Source: an uncultured archaeon (lineage in GTDB: Archaea > Asgardarchaeota > Thorarchaeia > Thorarchaeales > Thorarchaeaceae). Taken from it: a stretch of DNA of 64,000 nucleotides. The stretch lies in assembly GCA_964610875.1 (NCBI GenBank), contig CAZSWP010000001.1:102161-166160 (forward strand), read 5' to 3'. Each line of letters begins with the position of its first letter. The first letter of the stretch is position 1. Below, in pieces: positions 57,588 through 64,000 of the stretch. Made by a program: the position numbers and the translations under genes. A model generated the notes under the pieces. It did no database searches. It saw nothing but the letters and a program-made list of their open reading frames with translations, and was not told the DNA's origin.

Positions 57588-57914
57588 GTGGGAAAAGATA
57601 ATGAAAAACAGTTTGATGAAACTGACTCAGATGAGCTCATTGAAGTCATTCTATTCAAATCTAACACATGTGCATTTTGTCCTAGAGCAGAGGAAGTAAT
57701 TAGAGACACAATAAGCGGCTTTGGCGATGGCGTAATATCTCTCAAGGTCATCAATGTAAGTGATGACCCTGAGAAAGCTGAAGAGTACGGTGTCTTTGCT
57801 TTACCGACTACAATGGTTGCTGGGGTTTCAGTTACTGGTATCCCAGAACCTGAACTCCTGGTAAAGATGATTATTGGGTCAAAAATCAAAAAGAGGGATG
57901 ATGAAGATGAGTGA
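57588..57914 (+). CDS. Thioredoxin-fold protein (CAFC), KaiB-like C-terminal half
   Basis: CAFC motif; LKVINVSDDPEKAEEYGVFALPT; stop overlaps the start of the next KaiC-like gene. Confidence 0.85.
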   Translation: MGKDNEKQFDETDSDELIEVILFKSNTCAFCPRAEEVIRDTISGFGDGVISLKVINVSDDPEKAEEYGVFALPTTMVAGVSVTGIPEPELLVKMIIGSKIKKRDDEDE

Positions 57915-58653
57915 TTATGCAATAGAGCGTGTCAAGACGGGAATCCCTGGTCTTGATGAATTGATTGAAGGAGGCTTTCCACGTGGTGATACAATTCTGA
58001 TTGCTGGAAAAGCTGGTACTGGAAAGACCATCCTTGTGAATCAATTTCTCTATAATGGTGCTGTAACATATGGGGAACCTGGTGTTTTGGTCACATTAGA
58101 GGAACCTCCTTTTGCCATAAAACGGAATATGCTTAGGTTTGGAATGAACTTGGACGAAATTGAGAAACAGGACCTTCTTTCAGTTGTAGACCTGTCCCCA
58201 TCGAAAGAGATTGCCCGGGTAAAAATTGGAGAGTATCCCAGCTTCGATCTTTCTGGCCTTGAAGCAATCATCAAGAATCATATTCATAAGGTGAATGCAA
58301 AGCGGTGCGTCATTGATACACTCTCGATAATGGCCTATAAATTTAGAAGTAGAGATATCTTACGAGAGGAGTTTTTCAAACTATGTTCGAATCTCACTAA
58401 GGATGGAGTGACACTGCTTCTGACAAGCGAAATACTTGCGCAGGATTCAGGACTTGGTGTGTTTGATATTGAATCGTTTCTCGCATCAGGTGTGATTGTT
58501 CTCTATAATGAGAAAATTAGTGACACATCCCGTTCACGTTCAATAGAAATCTTAAAACTTAGGGGGTCCAAACATAGTTCACGTATCCATTCAATGCGTA
58601 TAACCGACGAAGGAATCAGGGTATGGCCTGGTGAAATAGGTCCTGGACATTAA
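57907..58653 (+). CDS. KaiC/RAD55-family single-domain ATPase
   Basis: TGIPGLDELIEGG, GKAGTGKT, VTLEE, VIDTLS, ILKLRGS.H. Confidence 0.93.
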   Translation: MSDYAIERVKTGIPGLDELIEGGFPRGDTILIAGKAGTGKTILVNQFLYNGAVTYGEPGVLVTLEEPPFAIKRNMLRFGMNLDEIEKQDLLSVVDLSPSKEIARVKIGEYPSFDLSGLEAIIKNHIHKVNAKRCVIDTLSIMAYKFRSRDILREEFFKLCSNLTKDGVTLLLTSEILAQDSGLGVFDIESFLASGVIVLYNEKISDTSRSRSIEILKLRGSKHSSRIHSMRITDEGIRVWPGEIGPGH

Positions 58654-58662
58654 TGAAAAATA

Positions 58663-59370
58663 ATGGAGAGAGTGTTAGTGGTAAATACTAACGAATCATC
58701 AATACTGGTTCGTCCTTTAATCAGTGATTTGGTCCAATTTGGACAACTAACACAAATATCCGTCATTCTCTTGGGTCCCATAGGTGTTGGAAAAACGACA
58801 TATGCTGAAGCATATCTTGCAGAGGGTCTTGAATTGGGATTTCCTGCTGTCTTTGTTACTACGGATGTGTCACCAAGAGTGATCAGAAATGACATGAGCA
58901 GATATGGTTGGAATATCGAGAAATATGAGAAGGAAGGGCAATTCGTTTTCATCGATGGGTATTCTGAGAGGATGGGTGCCCCGACATCAGGAAACGCAAG
59001 AATACTTTCGAAGATCGATGATGTTTCAGAACTAGGTATCGTACTCTCTGAGGTTTTAGAGGAACTTGTTGTTGCAAGAATAGTAATTGATAGCCTATCC
59101 ACTCTGATATTGCACGGTAATGCAGAAACAATTCCAAGAGCAGTACAACGTCTTGCTGGAAGAATCAAGCAGTCTTCTCATAGTATTATGTTCATTCTTG
59201 AGGAGGGTGTGCATGAAGAAAAGACCTATGCTACAATATCTTACATTGCAGATGCAGTGATTCGATTCAAGGCCGAAACAAGTGAAAGACACACAGATCA
59301 TTACCTTAGAATGGAAAGAATGAGGGGTAGTGATTCTTCTCGGGAATGGCACAAATTCGTGATTGAATAA
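58663..59370 (+). CDS. KaiC/RAD55-family single-domain ATPase (divergent)
   Basis: GPIGVGKT, VTTD in place of EE, VIDSLS, ISYIADAVI, ERMRG. Confidence 0.88.
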   Translation: MERVLVVNTNESSILVRPLISDLVQFGQLTQISVILLGPIGVGKTTYAEAYLAEGLELGFPAVFVTTDVSPRVIRNDMSRYGWNIEKYEKEGQFVFIDGYSERMGAPTSGNARILSKIDDVSELGIVLSEVLEELVVARIVIDSLSTLILHGNAETIPRAVQRLAGRIKQSSHSIMFILEEGVHEEKTYATISYIADAVIRFKAETSERHTDHYLRMERMRGSDSSREWHKFVIE

Positions 59371-59426
59371 TCGTGAAAGCTTTTATCAGTATTACATAAC
59401 CTCAGAAATACGTCCAGAGGAGAATT

Positions 59427-61730
59427 ATGGTGGAGTCACAGCTGAAAGCCGCATTGCGAGAGATACTCTATGCCTCTCTCTCTTTGGACGATGGCTTATC
59501 TACTATTCAAAATCTTGCTATAGGGGCGGCTAAGGATTCAGAATTATATTTTGATGTAGCAAGAGTAATAGAAGAGATACTCCTCAGAAGGCCTGGTTTG
59601 GCAAGTGCTAAACTAAGAGAGATGTCAATGCGCCTTTCTTACGAAAAGGATCAGACTTTACCTGAAATGCTAATGTTATTTGATACACGATATACAAGTG
59701 CTTACAAACGTGGAGAATGGGAGATACTCCCGGATGTCGAAGCCCTACCAAATTTACTAGAGCTTCTTGGAGAATTATCACAGGGTGTAAATACTGGAAT
59801 TAAATTGAATCTACGTCCAGTGTTGCCTTTTCTAACAGATGAAGTATTGATGACTGTTGATGCAATATATCAACGTGCACATGAAGCTTCCATATCACTC
59901 GCATTACATGAAACACACTATCTTACATGGATGCTATCAGAAGCCGGGATTTTTGAGTGCTCTGAAGCTCTTCTGAACCGATTAATGGCAATATCCAAAG
60001 AGCTTGATATGTCGGAACTGGCATTTGATGTATCTCTGGATGAAGCGTCTGTACTCACTGAACTCGGCTTGTATAAGGAATCACGTGATATTCTCGAAGA
60101 GTTACACAAAGCAGCAGAGAGTGAAGAAGATACCGTTCGTCTAGCTTCAGTGACTCTTCAACAAGCAATCAATGATACACGTGATGATAGTGTTACTCAC
60201 AGTAATGCTCGTGCACTTGCTGACAAAGCCTCTAATTTAGTTGAAGCTGTTCTTAGTGATGATAGTGTGAAAAGCGATGGACTTGGACTTGCAGAGATGG
60301 TGATTGGAACAAATGTGCTTGTTAATGGTTGGCGAGAAGCTGTAGACCAAGCAATCGAGCGACTTGAGAATGCACTGAATGTCTTTGGGGAAAATCCCGA
60401 CCCTGATGAAACTCAACAACTCTTGCTATTCCGTTGTCTATGCGGACTTGGTTTTGCTTATGCTATGAAGGAAGGACATGAAAACATCACTAAAGGACTT
60501 GAGTTTCTCGACCGTGCAAAATCCATAGTTTCAGAAAAGTCAAACTCTGATACTGACCTGCGGGTTGAGCTTGCAAGAGTAAATCATGCTGTGGGGTGGG
60601 TCTGTCTTGTATCCGAATCGGATGAACATTGGGCACGTGGTTGTGATACTTTTAAAGAGTGTATAGATTTGCGCAAGAAATTGCAGGATGAAGGTTCAAT
60701 CCCAGACATTGCGCTAGTGAGTGCTAAGGTTGGTTTAGCATTGTCAGAGATGCGTGATTCCATTCGATCAGATACTTCCTTCCAGAACAGTATTCAGGAC
60801 ACATTAATAGAATATATTCCCCTATTTCCCGCAGATAATCGTGCTTTTGCAGAGATTGCTATAGCCACTTACGATGTTGTCTGGTTAGCAATACGACATG
60901 GTACAGAGATACCAACTCGTCTATTGCGATTCATAGAGGATCTTGACAGAATGCTTTCTGATGCACGTGTGCAAGAAGATAGTATTTTCATTCAAGGTGC
61001 ATCTTTAGCCATTCCTTATCTGTCCAAATCTTGGGATGTTCTTCAGTTAAGAACTGACAGTATAATTGAATCTGCTTCAGAGATATCTCAAGTATCTATC
61101 TTGATTCGCTCACTAGCTATATCCAAAAAAAATGTTGAATCTGTTGGTCAAGATGTGATTCCTCTTGTCAAAGATTTCGTGTTTAAAGATGAAGTTACTG
61201 AAGACCCACTCCTTGCACAATATTGGATAGGACAGACTTGTCTTGCAAAAACCATCGAGTCCTATTATCTCAACAAAGACTATTCTGAACTAGCTACTGG
61301 ACTGTATAAAGCCGCAATGGAATTGCTGAAGGTTGAGGATATTGAAACTCCATCTGAAGAGTCTGCAACCTTCATTAAGGTAACTTCAATATCACTAGCA
61401 GGAATTCTCAGACATTTTGCACTCGCTCTAGAAAAAGAATATGGGGCGAATATTGACAGGTCGAGCTATAAAGAACGTTCAACGCGTATTGATGATGAAA
61501 CACTCAATATTCTTCTTGCAGAGGATTGGTTAGGTCTCATAAAAATCACTAAAGCCTATCTGGAGATGATTGCAAACTCTGAGATGGTACAGGCACAGCC
61601 TTATCTCAATGCTGTGTTCTCGAACATGAATCGTGCCCTGAAAATGATGGATTCAGTAGCTTTGGTTGATAGAAGAGTACTAGCCTCTCTAGGGTCGATA
61701 ATGAATAAGAGATACTATCTCCGAAGGTAG
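59427..61730 (+). CDS. Hypothetical alpha-helical repeat (TPR/solenoid-like) protein
   Basis: 767 aa, L/A/E-rich, with TPR-like segments (GLGFAYA...GLEFLDRAKSI; ARVNHAVGWV). Confidence 0.65.
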   Translation: MVESQLKAALREILYASLSLDDGLSTIQNLAIGAAKDSELYFDVARVIEEILLRRPGLASAKLREMSMRLSYEKDQTLPEMLMLFDTRYTSAYKRGEWEILPDVEALPNLLELLGELSQGVNTGIKLNLRPVLPFLTDEVLMTVDAIYQRAHEASISLALHETHYLTWMLSEAGIFECSEALLNRLMAISKELDMSELAFDVSLDEASVLTELGLYKESRDILEELHKAAESEEDTVRLASVTLQQAINDTRDDSVTHSNARALADKASNLVEAVLSDDSVKSDGLGLAEMVIGTNVLVNGWREAVDQAIERLENALNVFGENPDPDETQQLLLFRCLCGLGFAYAMKEGHENITKGLEFLDRAKSIVSEKSNSDTDLRVELARVNHAVGWVCLVSESDEHWARGCDTFKECIDLRKKLQDEGSIPDIALVSAKVGLALSEMRDSIRSDTSFQNSIQDTLIEYIPLFPADNRAFAEIAIATYDVVWLAIRHGTEIPTRLLRFIEDLDRMLSDARVQEDSIFIQGASLAIPYLSKSWDVLQLRTDSIIESASEISQVSILIRSLAISKKNVESVGQDVIPLVKDFVFKDEVTEDPLLAQYWIGQTCLAKTIESYYLNKDYSELATGLYKAAMELLKVEDIETPSEESATFIKVTSISLAGILRHFALALEKEYGANIDRSSYKERSTRIDDETLNILLAEDWLGLIKITKAYLEMIANSEMVQAQPYLNAVFSNMNRALKMMDSVALVDRRVLASLGSIMNKRYYLRR

Positions 61731-61740
61731 AGTTCCATTT

Positions 61741-63819
61741 TTATCGAACAATCTCTCTATATCCGCCAGCTTTTGCTCCCCATGTTGCCCAACCTGAGGT
61801 CGCTGTCCTGATTTCGTTTGCCAGACCAAATGATTGGCCTACAGGAATCTCTGCACTAATCCTATACAATGTTCTCTCGGAATCAATCTCTAAAATGTGT
61901 CCCTTTCTTCTAGCTAATATTGACGATAGAGTCCCAACATGGTCCTCAGGCGTACTAATCTCAAGTTTCAGCCATGGTTCAAGAATTCTCGGGCTACCAC
62001 TCATGATACTTTCCCTAATCCCCTTGATGAGTGGCTGCGTCACATCCCTCCATGAAGTTTCAGGTGCTTCCAACCTTATCTCTGCTTCATGGATTAATAC
62101 TGTAAGCTGTCTCACCCTCTCTGCTTGTAGAGGGCCCCTTCTGGTCACTTCTCGAAAGGCTTCTCTTATCCAATCTGCTGCGTCGCCATATTCGTCTATT
62201 TTTCCAGTAAGGTCAATCAGATAATTTTCTGATCTCATGTCTGAATCAAGTTTAGTGCCAAGTGTGGATATATCTTCAATATCTGACGTATTGACTGCTT
62301 CAATTCTGAATTCACTAGTCTTCTCTGAACCAGTTTCTACTATTTCCCCTCTCTTCGACATCTGTTCCTTAATCAGCACCATCGGTTGACCCAAGACAAG
62401 ATCGGTTCCGCTTCGTGCCAGCTTCTCAATACTAATCTCAATGTGTAATTCCCCTGCACCAGATAGTAACATCTCACCCGTTTCTTCATTCATCTCAAAT
62501 TCAAGAGCAGGATCCGTTTCTGCATAAGCTGCAATTGGTTCTTGTACCTCTCCTAATTCTGACAGACGTTTAGGTTCAACAGCATAAGTTACTACAGGCT
62601 CTGTTGGATACCGAAGAGCACCAATTGGTACTATGTCCTGTTCACTGGCATCAACGAGTGTATCCCCTATCATCACAGCCTTGAATCCAGAGATGAAAGC
62701 AAGATTACCACATGGCACCTCGTTCAATGCAATTCGGCTTCTTGACATGAAGATTCCTATTTGTAACGTCTTGTCTATACTATTATCTCGGAGATTCCGC
62801 ATTGGGCTTGCACGTTTCAAGCAACCCGAGAGAACTCTCACTGCAGCCACGTTCCCTGCATGTCTATCTGGCTGTACATCCCCGACTAACAAAACACATG
62901 GTCCATCACGGTCACATGCGGTAAGGGCTTGACCTGATTTAGATTTCAAATCTCCGTCCCAGAATTGTGGTACTCTGTATTGTTGTGCAATACGTGGGGA
63001 AGGCAACTTTCTCACTACTGAGTTAAGAACAACTTGGGCAATTGGATATTTTTTTTGCAGTTCTATTTCTTCACCATCATTATAAGAATTAACAATCTCT
63101 TGCATTATATCCTTGAATGCCTGTGTTAGTGCTTTTGTGGAAGTAACTCCTTTTGCTTTCTTCTCAAGGGTTTCAATGCCAATCGCCCATTTGTCAAGCG
63201 CCGACCCGATACAAAGTGTACCGTCAATAAATGAAACCTCCCACTCCTCAAGTCTGTCATCGTCAAGGTATTTGCCAAGCATGGCATTGAATTCACGAAC
63301 TGATTTATTGACCTCAGATGCAGTTTTTGCTGTACCTAGTCTTTTTTCTTTTATCAAACGATCAACCTTGTTAACAAACAAGACTGGACGCACAAGTTCC
63401 TTCATTGCTTGACGAGTAACTGTTTCAGTTTGGACCATTAGTCCTTCTATTGCATCGATTACAATGATTGCGCCATCTGTAATCCTAAGCCCTCTTGTGA
63501 CATGACTGGAGAAATCAATATGCCCTGGTGTGTCAACTAAGTGTATCAGGAATTCTCTATCTTCTATAGAATGGATTAACGAGATTCCTGATGCCTTGAT
63601 GGTGATCCCACGTTCTTGTTCGATCAAGTCATAATCCATGAGTTTTGCTCTGGCGGCAATCTCTGGTGATAGGAGTCCAGACGAAGCAATCAATGAATCA
63701 GTCAATGTTGTCTTTCCATGATCTATATGAGCTATAACTGTACAATTCCTAATGTTATCTAGATTATCAATTAATCCAATGACTCGTTCATTGACGAATT
63801 TCTTATACAGATGTGACAA
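61741..63819 (-). CDS. Elongation factor EF-2 paralog (divergent domain IV)
   Basis: AHIDHGKTT, ERGITI, DTPGHIDF, NKVD, GELHIEI, ILEP; no His at the diphthamide position. The track start 63885 overlaps the upstream gene, so TTG 63819 or later is more likely. Confidence 0.92.
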   Translation of the reverse strand: MSHLYKKFVNERVIGLIDNLDNIRNCTVIAHIDHGKTTLTDSLIASSGLLSPEIAARAKLMDYDLIEQERGITIKASGISLIHSIEDREFLIHLVDTPGHIDFSSHVTRGLRITDGAIIVIDAIEGLMVQTETVTRQAMKELVRPVLFVNKVDRLIKEKRLGTAKTASEVNKSVREFNAMLGKYLDDDRLEEWEVSFIDGTLCIGSALDKWAIGIETLEKKAKGVTSTKALTQAFKDIMQEIVNSYNDGEEIELQKKYPIAQVVLNSVVRKLPSPRIAQQYRVPQFWDGDLKSKSGQALTACDRDGPCVLLVGDVQPDRHAGNVAAVRVLSGCLKRASPMRNLRDNSIDKTLQIGIFMSRSRIALNEVPCGNLAFISGFKAVMIGDTLVDASEQDIVPIGALRYPTEPVVTYAVEPKRLSELGEVQEPIAAYAETDPALEFEMNEETGEMLLSGAGELHIEISIEKLARSGTDLVLGQPMVLIKEQMSKRGEIVETGSEKTSEFRIEAVNTSDIEDISTLGTKLDSDMRSENYLIDLTGKIDEYGDAADWIREAFREVTRRGPLQAERVRQLTVLIHEAEIRLEAPETSWRDVTQPLIKGIRESIMSGSPRILEPWLKLEISTPEDHVGTLSSILARRKGHILEIDSERTLYRISAEIPVGQSFGLANEIRTATSGWATWGAKAGGYREIVR

Positions 63820-63826
63820 TAGTACT

Positions 63827-64000
63827 CTACCCGGCCTTGGATACTGTTTCTTTCGGAATATTGATTTCTTCTTTGCACTCATCACAGATGTATACTACTG
63901 TGTCTCCAGTCTTCACCTTTACGTCCTTTAACGGATGACCGCACTTGCATACGAAACCTACCAATCTTGCTGGATTTCCCAGAACTAAACCATATGGTGG
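63827..64000 (-). CDS. Hexapeptide-repeat (WbpD/WxcM-like) acetyltransferase, C-terminal fragment with Zn-ribbon
   Basis: Manual translation: PPYGLVLGNPARLVGFVCKCGHPL...YICDECKEEINIP...*; runs off the window. Confidence 0.8.
   Translation of the reverse strand, partial: PPYGLVLGNPARLVGFVCKCGHPLKDVKVKTGDTVVYICDECKEEINIPKETVSKAG

Noticed and set aside
63820-63885. N-terminal basic extension of the EF-2 paralog given by the ORF track
   Set aside because: It overlaps the 3' end of the upstream acetyltransferase gene in another frame.
1-64000. CRISPR array, rRNA, transposase or integrase; also the many 60-200 aa overlapping ORFs in the track
   Set aside because: No regularly spaced repeats or mobile-element motifs were seen. 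The short ORFs lie antisense or out of frame within well-supported genes and carry no recognisable motifs.

Overview
Gene-dense archaeal chromosomal segment, most consistent with an Asgard archaeon and probably Thorarchaeia. That placement is inferred from gene content: two EF-2 paralogs without the HRG diphthamide motif, two Rab-like and two MglA/GPN-like small GTPases, two Roadblock/LC7 proteins, WD40 and helical-repeat proteins, and a UGA-containing SelD with a eukaryote-style SECIS. Housekeeping content includes rtcB (partial), the archaeal CoA pathway (coaBC, pok, pps, panE), ileS, tgtA, hflX, an intron-containing tRNA-Gln(CTG), tetraether synthase, GGPP synthase, tldD/pmbA, an ABC importer and a PolB2 cassette. 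Signals missed by the ORF track: (1) the Sec codon and a K-turn SECIS built on the selD stop codon; (2) an unexplained ~320-nt highly structured, potentially bistable RNA at 28.4-28.7 kb; (3) a ~100-nt stand-alone structured RNA at 17.06-17.16 kb; (4) an Ile-Ile leader peptide plus a start-sequestering hairpin upstream of ileS; (5) a structured EF-2 leader. Two protein systems stand out. One is a soluble metV-metF-mtrH-mtrA-mtrH-mmp14-cofE methyl-transfer operon with no membrane Mtr subunits. The other is a Rab/WD40/Rab/Roadblock/Trx(KaiB-like)/KaiC/KaiC/solenoid cluster. No CRISPR array, rRNA or transposase was seen. All calls come from manual motif reading and hand-folding; no database search or folding program was run.
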